Assembly (NCBI GenBank): GCA_965222225.1
Contig: CBDCTK010000002.1
Location: 1,792,001 to 1,856,000, forward strand
DNA length: 64,000 nt
Source of the DNA: Candidatus Poribacteria bacterium
GTDB lineage: Bacteria; Poribacteria; WGA-4E; JAJDTR01
Direction: 5' to 3'
The number at the start of each line of letters is the position of its first letter. The stretch's first letter is position 1. Under the pieces are notes generated by a model. It was not told the DNA's origin, searched no databases, and saw nothing but the letters and a program-made list of their open reading frames with translations. Shown here one piece after another: positions 41,423 to 50,653 of this stretch. A program made the translations under genes and the position numbers.

Positions 41423-43342
41423 TCACTTGCGGCGTTCGTCGTCCGATCTCGAATCCGGAAACTTCCTGCGATACTGTTCACCTGCCTCTTCGCGGGTCAT
41501 CTCGCCGCTCTCGACCTTTTTTCTCAGTTCATCAATGTAGGTCTGCTGCTCCGAGGTGCGATTGCGGCGTCCGCGCATGTCTCGGCGCTCACCACGTGCT
41601 TTCGATCCGCTGTCGAGCCACTTCGACATCGTTTCATACTCGACACCCATGACATCAGCCATCGCGCCAAGGACATGCGGATCAAGGTAAAGCATGGGTT
41701 GTTGAAAGGCAAAATTGTGTATGACCTTACCACCCTTTGCGACAAGAATCATCATCGCCGCGTTGCGATTCAGGCCGTAGCTGCCAGGGCCTTCGCCACC
41801 ATCTGGCGAGATACCCAGCAAAACCTCCTTTGGAACATGCGCTTCAAATTCCTTAATCCATTTAGACAACGTCCCTGGATCGTTGTCCAAAAACACGACA
41901 CTTGTGCGAATTTCTTTCTCAGATTTGTTAGCGATGTCAAGCAGGGCACGTGAAGTGCCAATCAGCCCGCGCACGCCCACCCCGTTGTCGTCTTGCACGA
42001 ACAGGACAAGGGGTTTTCCATCTGCCTCTGCGATGACATCGAATTCCTTATCAGCGAATTTACCCCTGATGCCAGTCGCCTTCAATGGCGGAAGGTGATC
42101 GCCCGGTTGCGGGCCAGAGAACAGTGGACTTTCTTCGGACTTGTTGAAACCGGTCGGGTCTTTGACTTTGACCCGACGGCCGTTTTCGTATTCCTTTTTT
42201 GCCATCGTCTGGCCCTGCTCTGTCTGCTCGCTACGCCTCTTATCACTCATATCAACCTCTTCTTCTGATGTCTTGGCTGTTTGAGAGAACAGCGAGAGTT
42301 GGACGCTTCGGAGCGGGACCAACTGTGCCATTGCCAGCAAAGGCAGGCTAGTGAATAATAAGGTTGTCGCCAGCCATAGCAAGCGTGGATTCGGTTGCAG
42401 ATCTAGCCGTCGATTGTCTTTCAGGATGGAGCCGATTCGGGACTCCAATTGCGATGGTTGATTCAGTGCCAAAGCCAGAGATATGTCTTCGTCTTTGTGG
42501 CGAACCAGGTCCAGCAAGCACTGGGCATAGTTCTTTCGCGCACCTGTCAACCGGATGACCCAGTCGTCACAAATCTGCTCTCGTAGGTCCACCAACCGAC
42601 GGTTGAGGAGATGGTAAAATGGATGGAAGAAGAAGATGGCTCCAACCAAGTGCGAAAAGAGATTGGTCAACCAATCCAGTCTTTGAACATGGGCTAGTTC
42701 ATGGACTGCCACCAGTTCAAACTGCTCAAGACTAAGTGTCTGCGGAATTAGTATGCGAGGGGACCGCCAGCCAAAAGATATAGGTGACACGACCTGATTG
42801 GAGAAGTAGACGGTGACCGAAAAATTGATTTTCATCTGTTCAGCCGCTCGCCTGCACACCGTCTGATACGAACCATCAGCGACCGTGGCAGCTCGCCGCA
42901 TGTGACCGATGCGGTGCAAGCCAAACAATAGACGCGCCAGCATGGTCAGCACACCGATAGCCCACGCACATAGCAGCCCATCAAGTAAGCCCCAGTTAGC
43001 AGGGAAAATCCGATCTGTAAGTATGTGATTTACCGATAGTGCTTGGTTTCCGACGGCTGGAAGGTCTAACAGGTCCGCAGTCTGGAGGATTAGGGACGTG
43101 ATAGCTACTGGCTGGGCTTGCGTTAATTCTGACTGAGCGGCTTTGATGGAGATACCCGGCACAAGCTGATTTAAGCCAAACAGGATTGGCAGGCTGATTA
43201 AGGACAACAGCCAGAGCAGATGGAAAGTGGTGTTAGAGCGGCGTAAACGACTGGTCACCAACCAAGTAAGGCCACTCAGTAGCCCCCACTGCCAAGAGCA
43301 ATTGAACAATGAAATCAGGATTTGCCTACTCATCAGTTTCAC
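41423..43342 (-). CDS. BlaR1/M56 peptidase with C-terminal thioredoxin-like domain
   Basis: HELAHVQRLD zinc motif, REQICD; SGPQPGD.LPP redoxin-like start. Confidence 0.88.
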   Translation of the reverse strand: MKLMSRQILISLFNCSWQWGLLSGLTWLVTSRLRRSNTTFHLLWLLSLISLPILFGLNQLVPGISIKAAQSELTQAQPVAITSLILQTADLLDLPAVGNQALSVNHILTDRIFPANWGLLDGLLCAWAIGVLTMLARLLFGLHRIGHMRRAATVADGSYQTVCRRAAEQMKINFSVTVYFSNQVVSPISFGWRSPRILIPQTLSLEQFELVAVHELAHVQRLDWLTNLFSHLVGAIFFFHPFYHLLNRRLVDLREQICDDWVIRLTGARKNYAQCLLDLVRHKDEDISLALALNQPSQLESRIGSILKDNRRLDLQPNPRLLWLATTLLFTSLPLLAMAQLVPLRSVQLSLFSQTAKTSEEEVDMSDKRRSEQTEQGQTMAKKEYENGRRVKVKDPTGFNKSEESPLFSGPQPGDHLPPLKATGIRGKFADKEFDVIAEADGKPLVLFVQDDNGVGVRGLIGTSRALLDIANKSEKEIRTSVVFLDNDPGTLSKWIKEFEAHVPKEVLLGISPDGGEGPGSYGLNRNAAMMILVAKGGKVIHNFAFQQPMLYLDPHVLGAMADVMGVEYETMSKWLDSGSKARGERRDMRGRRNRTSEQQTYIDELRKKVESGEMTREEAGEQYRRKFPDSRSDDERRK

Positions 43343-43712
43343 TCCCTTCTGGCCGGTAGTTGTTAATCAGTTGTTGTAAGCGGTCATGTTCAGCGGTACC
43401 TGTTTGTCTCACTTCAAGTAAAGCGTTAACCAATTTCTCGGCAGAATTGTCAAACAGGTGTTCCAGCAAATCACTGAGCATGGAATGGGTAATCTCCGCC
43501 TCCTTGACCAAGGGTTCGTAGAGGAAAGTCCGACCAATGACCTGATGTGCCAAAAAGCCTTTCTTTTCCAAGCTTTTCATGGTCGTGGCAATGGTGGTAT
43601 AGGCCAGCTTGCGGTCAATGTTGTCCAGCACATCGTTAACAGTCGCCTGTCGCAGTTTCCAGACAACTTTCATCACGTCAAGCTCTAAATAGTGTAATTT
43701 CTTGGCTTTCAT
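43326..43712 (-). CDS. BlaI/MecI/CopY family repressor
   Basis: ELDVMKVVW, LAYTTIATTM..LEKKGF. Confidence 0.92.
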   Translation of the reverse strand: MKAKKLHYLELDVMKVVWKLRQATVNDVLDNIDRKLAYTTIATTMKSLEKKGFLAHQVIGRTFLYEPLVKEAEITHSMLSDLLEHLFDNSAEKLVNALLEVRQTGTAEHDRLQQLINNYRPEGSETDE

Positions 43713-43824
43713 CTGATTCTCTCCTTATCCAAAAGGTTTAGGGTGAATGCCTCTGCTGCTGACAGGTCAGATAAGATGTTAACTCGCATGTTAAAAGTAA
43801 AAATCCAATTAGTACTAATTTCAA

Positions 43825-43865
43825 ATACTATTACGATAGTATATGAGAAAGGTTTACACTGTCAA
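43825..43865 (-). promoter_or_regulatory. blaI-operon promoter with overlapping palindromic operator
   Basis: TTGACA-N16-TATACT; palindrome ATACTAT-TACG-ATAGTAT (43825-43842) overlaps the -10. Confidence 0.7.
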
Positions 43866-44372
43866 AGAGAAATTTCTCTGAAGGATGGGTGTTTCCTAAA
43901 ACTCAATTCAAATAAGGGTGTGAAGGCAGCGTGTCTAAAGAGGGGGGGATAAAAGAATCTGGAGAAGGGATGACGTGTTCCTGCGTAACCGTACGGATTC
44001 CGCGTCTCGGCGCCGTTCTAATACCTCTGCTAACGCGCCTGTCGAAGGCGGCAGGGGGACTGCATCCTGTAAATGCGCAACCGCAATGCTAGAGCGAACC
44101 GCCCGATTAGCTGAGGCCGGAAGGGACGCGCCCTCTCTCCCAGTCGGAGCAACACCGAACTCGCGTGGCGGCCGCGAGGCGTTTGCTTCTATCGTAGCCT
44201 CTATGGCGTTGATTAGGTCTTCAATCTTCATCTCGTTCTTGAGATGCATCGAAGATTCAGAGAGTTAGCTGGGGTTAAAGAGAGAAACAGGAATCGAGGC
44301 TTGAAGTCCCCTAAGCTAACAATGGAAACTGTTTATAACCGAGGACCGCGAATGATTGGGGAGGGAGGATGA

Positions 44373-44445
44373 AGCCGGTGAGAGGATTTGAACCTCCGAC
44401 CTGCTGATTACGAATCAGCCGCTCTAGCCCCTGAGCTACACCGGC
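44373..44445 (-). tRNA. tRNA-Thr(CGT)
   Basis: Cloverleaf GCCGGTG..., anticodon loop TTCGTAA, GGTTCAAATCC T-arm; CCA not encoded. Confidence 0.95.
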
Positions 44446-44490
44446 CTATCACGAATAGGCTCATTCCACAAGCGTCATGTCAGATAAGGA

Positions 44491-44563
44491 TGCCGAGGGG
44501 CAGAATCGAACTGCCCACACATGGATTTTCAGTCCACTGCTCTACCGACTGAGCTACCTCGGC
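44491..44563 (-). tRNA. tRNA-Phe(GAA)
   Basis: GCCGAGGTAGCTCAG..., anticodon loop CTGAAAA, GTTCGATT T-arm; CCA not encoded. Confidence 0.95.
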
Positions 44564-44582
44564 ACCGGATGAAACGGCTAGA

Positions 44583-44611
44583 ATAATAACAAACAGGCGG
44601 GTAGATGTCAA
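44583..44611 (-). promoter_or_regulatory. Sigma70 promoter of the tRNA pair
   Basis: TTGACA-N17-TATTAT. Confidence 0.75.
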
Positions 44612-45141
44612 GACTATTTTGCCATCAACCGAATTCCTCAATCCCGCCGAAGTCGTTCTACGGGGTTATTCGCTTACTTGGATTCCTTTGATGGGTCAAG
44701 GAAACTTGGGATCTCCAATGTGGATGACCTAAGCATTATTGCCCTTTGTTTGACTGAACAGCGATGTTTGCAATTGACGGGAGATGGATAATGTGGTATA
44801 GTTATTTGGTGTGGACTCCTTCGGCTGACGCTCGCACCAAGTTAACCATGGTTGATTTACGAAAATGAAAGCATCTAGACCGGGTTGGCACGCTTCGTGT
44901 ATTCCAGGCGTCAATATAGCGCAACCGCAATAATCCTTCAAATAGCCTTGATGAACTAAGACAACGACCGTCTTCAGAAGTTACGGAGTTCGGGGCAAGT
45001 TCATTGTAGCGTGGAAAAACGGAAACTGGGCTGATCTCAGGGGTTGACGATGCGACAGCACAAAGGGAAACTAGCCACTAGCTCGCCGGACAAGCAACCT
45101 CTCGGACGAAATAACTCTATTTCACCGCACTAAAAAAATTC

Positions 45142-45642
45142 ATGAGTAAACAAGCTGAAATCGCTAACGATCGAGCGATTGAATACTGGAAACGAGATCG
45201 GTTTGCAGAAGCAATCGTTCAATGGGAAGAAGCCCTGCGCATAGATCCCCAAGTAGCGGAAATTCACCACAATTTGGGAAACGCATACGCTCACCTAAAT
45301 CTTCCAGACAAAGCTATCGAATCCCTGAAACAAGCACTTTCTATAGACCCAACTTTGGTTGAAGCTTATAACAAATTAGGGTGTATTTTCTACGACCAAG
45401 GGAATCGGGAGTTGGCTATATCAAGTTGGAATGAGGCGCTAAAGGTGAAACCCGACTTTAGAGAAGTGTTGCACAATCTGCATCTAGCAGAAAGCACGCC
45501 GCAATTTGATGTCAACAGCGAAATTCCCGAATATGAGCGCGGAGATTCAGAGGAAGACGAGGAAAAGTCGCCATGGAGTACTCGAGTTGGACAATGGTTT
45601 GGAAGGGTCTTTGGCAGGGGCAATAAGTCGGATTTCGAATAG
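45142..45642 (+). CDS. TPR protein
   Basis: HHNLGNAY / AYNKLG TPR repeats. Confidence 0.85.
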   Translation: MSKQAEIANDRAIEYWKRDRFAEAIVQWEEALRIDPQVAEIHHNLGNAYAHLNLPDKAIESLKQALSIDPTLVEAYNKLGCIFYDQGNRELAISSWNEALKVKPDFREVLHNLHLAESTPQFDVNSEIPEYERGDSEEDEEKSPWSTRVGQWFGRVFGRGNKSDFE

Positions 45643-45791
45643 CTTCCTCTTCCCTGGGGGCGTTCGCATAAACTCATGTGATGAAATCGAGTCTTCCGAA
45701 AGACCCGGTTGCCAAAATGTTTAAGTCCCAACGCTTTGGAACAAGTGTTTTATCGTCAGACAAATCCGACCTAAGAGCAAACCCCGAAAGC

Positions 45792-46949
45792 TTACCCCCG
45801 TCCCTCCAGGATTCGCTCGTAAATTGCCAAGTAGGAATTAGCGATATTTCTCCAGTCGTACTTTTGCACAAAATCAATACTAGATCTGCCCATTCGGATA
45901 CGACCTTCACCGTCGTTGATGAGTCCCACCAGACTTCTTGCCAAACCGTTGACATCATTTGGTGGAAAGAGTGCGCCATTTACCCCCGTCCTGACCAAGT
46001 CCTCAATCCCTTGGACTCTGCTTGCAACGATTGGTAATCCGGTCCCCATTGCCTCAAGCACGACAAGTGGCATTCCCTCCGCTAAGGAACACAGAACAAA
46101 CACATCGGCATCGCGGTATATATGAGGAAGTTCAGAATAGGAGACTGAACCGCCGAAACGGATTTTATGATCGACCTTCAGTTCTTTCGCTAACGCCACG
46201 AGAGTATCGCGGTAGGGCCCGTCCCCAACAATCTCAATCTCAAAATCAACCGTCGCTTCGGCAATCACTCGGGGTAATGCCTGAATAAGGAATTGGAAAC
46301 CCTTTCTTGGAATTAACCTGCCAATCGTCAGGATTCGGACACAAGTCGGGAAGGTGGCTCGAGGTACCGGCGAGAAACGATTCAAGTCTAGTCCGTCGGG
46401 AACAACCTTAAATGGGAGTTCCGGGGCGGTTTTCGAAGCCAATTCACGCAATCCGTTGCTGCACGCGACTACTGCCTCGGCGTTTTTCCAAATTCCCCCT
46501 ATTACCGGATTGATTAGGGCGTAGATCCAACGGTAATAGGGCGGATCCGGATTCGGGCTTGGTACATCGCGTCCACTGAGAAAGACCACATACGGCAAAC
46601 CGTGAATCTTCTTCAACAGGTATCCGCCGCCACCGGATGGAATGCCTGAGAAAATCTGGACAATATTCGGCTTGAGTCGCGAAACGCTACGTAATCCGTG
46701 CAAACCTGAGCTAATCGCGTAGGTGAGCATTTCGTGTACGGCGCAGACATCTTTGTTACTTCGCAATGTAGGCACACGGTGAACATGAATTCCCTCAACT
46801 TCCTCCTCCTCAGGGAGACTCTGGAATTGGGAGGTAATTAAATATACATCGTGTCCCGCCTCTACAAAGTGTTTCCCAAAAAAGTAACTCACCCAGCCGC
46901 TTCCACCGCCTATAGGCGGAAACTCGTGGTTAAACATCAGAATTCGCAT
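45792..46949 (-). CDS. Glycosyltransferase family 4
   Basis: EFPPIGGG, GRLIPRKG, EGMPLVVLEAM. Confidence 0.93.
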   Translation of the reverse strand: MRILMFNHEFPPIGGGSGWVSYFFGKHFVEAGHDVYLITSQFQSLPEEEEVEGIHVHRVPTLRSNKDVCAVHEMLTYAISSGLHGLRSVSRLKPNIVQIFSGIPSGGGGYLLKKIHGLPYVVFLSGRDVPSPNPDPPYYRWIYALINPVIGGIWKNAEAVVACSNGLRELASKTAPELPFKVVPDGLDLNRFSPVPRATFPTCVRILTIGRLIPRKGFQFLIQALPRVIAEATVDFEIEIVGDGPYRDTLVALAKELKVDHKIRFGGSVSYSELPHIYRDADVFVLCSLAEGMPLVVLEAMGTGLPIVASRVQGIEDLVRTGVNGALFPPNDVNGLARSLVGLINDGEGRIRMGRSSIDFVQKYDWRNIANSYLAIYERILEGRG

Positions 46950-46967
46950 ATCTAGGTGTCCACAAAT

Positions 46968-47864
46968 CTACGGCGTCCGTGGCAGGGAATTCTTAGAATA
47001 CTCGACCGCGAACGTGATGATTGCCTCAGCAATCCGGATTCCGGTTACCGTTTCAATCTCTTCGAATCCGGGCGAAGGATTGACTTCAAGTATTAAAGGC
47101 CTATCGGCTGTGTGCAACATATCTACGCCGGCTACCTCTAAATCCATGGCTGCTGTCGCAGCAATTGCTGTTTCAACGCACGGTGTTGGTAATTCCACAA
47201 TAGTTCCGTATCCGCCACGGTGGATGTTTGATCTGAACTCGCCAGCCTGAGCAACCCGTTTCATAGCAGCAATCACTTTTCCTCCGACTACAATTACCCT
47301 AAGGTCAAGTACACCCGAATCTTTTATGAAGGGCTGAATGACGTAATCCTGATGCAAATCACACATTGCGCCGACCGCGGATGCGAGCGAAGTCCGCGTG
47401 TCTAGCAGAAGAAACGCATCGCCATGGGTACCATGAAACGGCTTCATCAGGAATGGATAATCTCCCGTTTCACTAACCGCGCGGTCTAGAAAATCGGCGG
47501 AACCGGCAGTGAAACTCGGTGGAACTGGCAGGCCTTGTGCGGCTAGGATGCGGAGCGTGCGAAACTTGTTGCGGGCGTTAGCTATCGGCGTTGCACGGTT
47601 AATGACCGGGATACCGACCCATTCAAAATGACTAACAACCTCGCCGCCGTACACCGCTGTTGCGGCGCTCAAACGCGGAACAACCACATCGTAGTCCTCA
47701 GTCGGAACCCTCTCGTAATAAATCCGTTTCCCTGTGCCTCCAATCTGTAAATTGAAACCAAACGGGCTAAGTACATGGGCGACATGCCCTGCCGAATGCG
47801 CTGCCTCGGTCAATCTTCGCGTGGAATGATTTTGGGCAGCACGTGATAAAATAGCAATCTTCAT
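46968..47864 (-). CDS. RimK-family ATP-grasp ligase
   Basis: DLRVIVVG, FRSNIHRGG, EVNPSPG. Confidence 0.9.
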   Translation of the reverse strand: MKIAILSRAAQNHSTRRLTEAAHSAGHVAHVLSPFGFNLQIGGTGKRIYYERVPTEDYDVVVPRLSAATAVYGGEVVSHFEWVGIPVINRATPIANARNKFRTLRILAAQGLPVPPSFTAGSADFLDRAVSETGDYPFLMKPFHGTHGDAFLLLDTRTSLASAVGAMCDLHQDYVIQPFIKDSGVLDLRVIVVGGKVIAAMKRVAQAGEFRSNIHRGGYGTIVELPTPCVETAIAATAAMDLEVAGVDMLHTADRPLILEVNPSPGFEEIETVTGIRIAEAIITFAVEYSKNSLPRTP

Positions 47865-47925
47865 ACTGGAATTCTACAAGAGGGAAGGTGCTTTTTTAGG
47901 CACATGGGTGGGCGATATGGCGATA

Positions 47926-48969
47926 CTATTTGTTGTGCCGTCTACTCGCTAGGAATGAATCAAGTTGCTCAACGGTGTCAAAGATTCTTTCGCACAAGTT
48001 CTCAAAGAATGGACTGCGGGCATGGGAGTATACGGCGTAGACCGGCTTGTTGTAACGAGACGCATAGTTCATCTCGCTTAACACGCCCGGAGAGAGTTTA
48101 TCGGTTGGATAAAGCACAACGACGAAATCGCTCTGATGAATGAATTGAAAATCCCTTGAGATGGTGCGTGTCTTTATCTGCTCGCTAAAACTCGCGTCAA
48201 GATTGCTAATGGTGGTGATTCTGTCTGAAGTTACTAGCTCCGGTTTCACGCTCAGTTCGGCTTCTGCGTCGTGAATTAACTCCATATCTTTTATATCTAG
48301 CGGATCGAACACGATAAAATGCTTGCGCATCTTCGATCCAAACGCATGAATCTTTTTGAGGTGGTCGGTGCTCTCCCGTAGCAGAGTGATTGGATAACTG
48401 AGATACAATTTCTGTTTGTCGGAAAATAAGAGATCGTAAAAGTTCTCAAGATCGTGCCGTCGTGCCACTGTATAGTGAGGTTTGCTGTTGAGGATCGCCA
48501 TCTGCTTAGTTAGGAACTCCTCCTCATCTAGCCAGACGTTAATCTCTTCGCGACGCATACCCGTCCACTGAGGATTCGGCGTCATACGATCTGTGATATC
48601 TGCAAGGTCATCAACCACATTCACAAACACATCTGCCGGAAACTCCCGAATGTCCCGAAAAGATATCCCCTCAATCAATCTACCACGCCAGCGAAAGCAC
48701 GAATGAAGTCCGATAAACGCATGCTCGTATTCGGAGGCGCGATTGGCAATTTCGTGGAACGCAGACCGACGCGCTAAGGAGAGCACGGCAGGATCGGAAT
48801 CGAGTACTTTTTCCGTGAAGCGCACTCCGGATTCGGCAGCGGCACGGTGCATGAAATCACCTACGTTAAAAAACCCGATCCGCACTTTTTTTTCGCGACA
48901 GAGCGCTTCAAAATCCGCCATCAACTCCTTTCTGCCGGAGCAACTGATTCCTGTGCAGATGATATTCAT
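47926..48969 (-). CDS. Archaeal-type adenylate-kinase-like P-loop domain fused to a nucleoside 2-deoxyribosyltransferase-like domain
   Basis: TGISCSGRK N-terminus; YLSYP..FDPL..RDFQFIHQSD..SPGVLSEM.YA...KPV C-terminus. Confidence 0.6.
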   Translation of the reverse strand: MNIICTGISCSGRKELMADFEALCREKKVRIGFFNVGDFMHRAAAESGVRFTEKVLDSDPAVLSLARRSAFHEIANRASEYEHAFIGLHSCFRWRGRLIEGISFRDIREFPADVFVNVVDDLADITDRMTPNPQWTGMRREEINVWLDEEEFLTKQMAILNSKPHYTVARRHDLENFYDLLFSDKQKLYLSYPITLLRESTDHLKKIHAFGSKMRKHFIVFDPLDIKDMELIHDAEAELSVKPELVTSDRITTISNLDASFSEQIKTRTISRDFQFIHQSDFVVVLYPTDKLSPGVLSEMNYASRYNKPVYAVYSHARSPFFENLCERIFDTVEQLDSFLASRRHNK

Positions 48970-49093
48970 GCCGCGCTCCTATTCACACTCGAAGGAATAT
49001 CTAATCGGCTCCGAGTTACCAAACTCGCCTCTCCACGCCTCAATTGTCGATTTTTGGCCGGAGACAAATACTCAATCGCCAGTTGTTCGACTC

Positions 49094-49113
49094 GTAGGGT
49101 AGGCACTGCTTAC
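49094..49113. repeat. GTAG-type REP
   Basis: GTAGGGTAGGCACTGCTTAC; related copy GTAGAGTGGGCACTGTCCACC at 50618-50638. Confidence 0.55.
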
Positions 49114-49232
49114 TATTGCGGACCGGGCGCAATTATGCCACGCTGTCAAATCAGTGTCAACTTGAAAATCCTGTGACTCAGGTTCGGGTGAGAATGATAT
49201 GAGATGGATCCGGCGGTGAGATTGGTAGTAAA

Positions 49233-50363
49233 TCACGCCCCATTGGCTTCGCTGGCTTGAGGCCTGAGCAGAATTAGCGCGACTAATGCGGCAACCGAAG
49301 AGATGGATCCTGCGACGACAAATGCCCCTGAAAGCCCAAAGATATCCGCAACGGCGCCGGATGTCATGGGGCCAAGAAACATCCCGATGGCATACGTGGC
49401 TTGAAAGGCCCCCATCGCCGTTGCACGGTCCTGATCGGGTATCTGCCGAATGCTCAAGCCCATCAGCAAAGGGTACGTCATGCCGCGTCCAAACCCACTG
49501 ATACCTTGGGTGATTGCTAGGAGTGGCAGGTTTGTGACAATGGGAACGACAAACGCCATCCCCGCCATAATGAGAATGCCCACGAAAAGCGCACGATTTT
49601 CGCCTAAACGATCGGCAACGCGATGATTGACCAGTGACGCTAGAGTGTAGGGCAGCAGGGCAACCACACCAATGACGCCGAGTGCCGATTTACTCGCACC
49701 CAATCCATCTGCATACAACGGGACAAAGCCAAATGTCGTTGCCCAGATGACATATTGATTCAGAGCGGAGATTAGCGCTGTAGTGATTACTGTCCGGTGA
49801 ATCATTACCGAGCGAATCTGTCGCACGGTAAGAGATTTTCTAATTGCTCGCGGTTCCCTAATCGGCGCGGTTGAAATAATACCGAAAACCGCCAAAATAG
49901 CACCGACATAGAATGTAGATTCCATTCACCAGATTTCGGCAATCTGTCCTCCTAGACCGATAAAGACCGTTAACGATATGCCGTTGATTGCGCTGACGAC
50001 ACCCATTGCCTTGGGCGTTTCATCCGGCGGAAAGTAACTTGCATACAATACCGTGAATCCAACCCAAGTCGACGCACTGATACCGAACACACCGCGGGCC
50101 AGGACTAGATATGCCGGGTTAGGCGCAAGAGCAAGCCCCAGGCACCCAAGCAAGTTGAAGAAGTGACCTGCGTAAAGGAAAGGCAGGCGCCTCCCCAGAC
50201 GATCCGACCAAATGCCGACCGGAATTCGCAGGAGCATTTGAACGAAACCGTACGCCCCAACAATGACACCCACGGTCGTGAATGAAGCGCCTAGCGATGC
50301 GGCGTAAACAGACAATATAGGTGAGTAGACGTATAGCGCAGCCCAATACAGAAACATCGCCAC
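49233..50363 (-). pseudogene. MFS transporter split by an in-frame TGA (49926-49928)
   Basis: GIWSDRLGRR and ADRLGE MFS motifs; halves in the same frame GGQIAEIW*MESTF. Confidence 0.75.
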
Positions 50364-50653
50364 ATAGAACGCCCAAATTGACAGCTTCCCAGGCTGGTGT
50401 GAAAGCGATCCGTTACCGGTTTGGGGTGTCTCCTTGATTGAAAATCACCTCGGGTTCCAGGAAAAATTATGAAATGGCCTGTGTCATTCTAACCGAAGGC
50501 GACCAGGCTGTCAACGTTTCAATACGACACGAACCGCGCAACCCCGGCATTTCCCAAACCTGCCCGTTTTTTCTGACCACAATGTAATGATCGCATATTG
50601 AGGTCTCTGTAGTTTCTGTAGAGTGGGCACTGTCCACCTCTGAAACAAATTAT

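Noticed and set aside
43521-43531. RNase P RNA signature GAGGAAAGTCC
   Set aside because: Lies antisense within the blaI coding sequence; other RNase P elements are absent
45040-45125. c-di-GMP-I-like riboswitch upstream of the TPR gene
   Set aside because: Lacks the GNRA-capped P2 and GACGCAAA pattern
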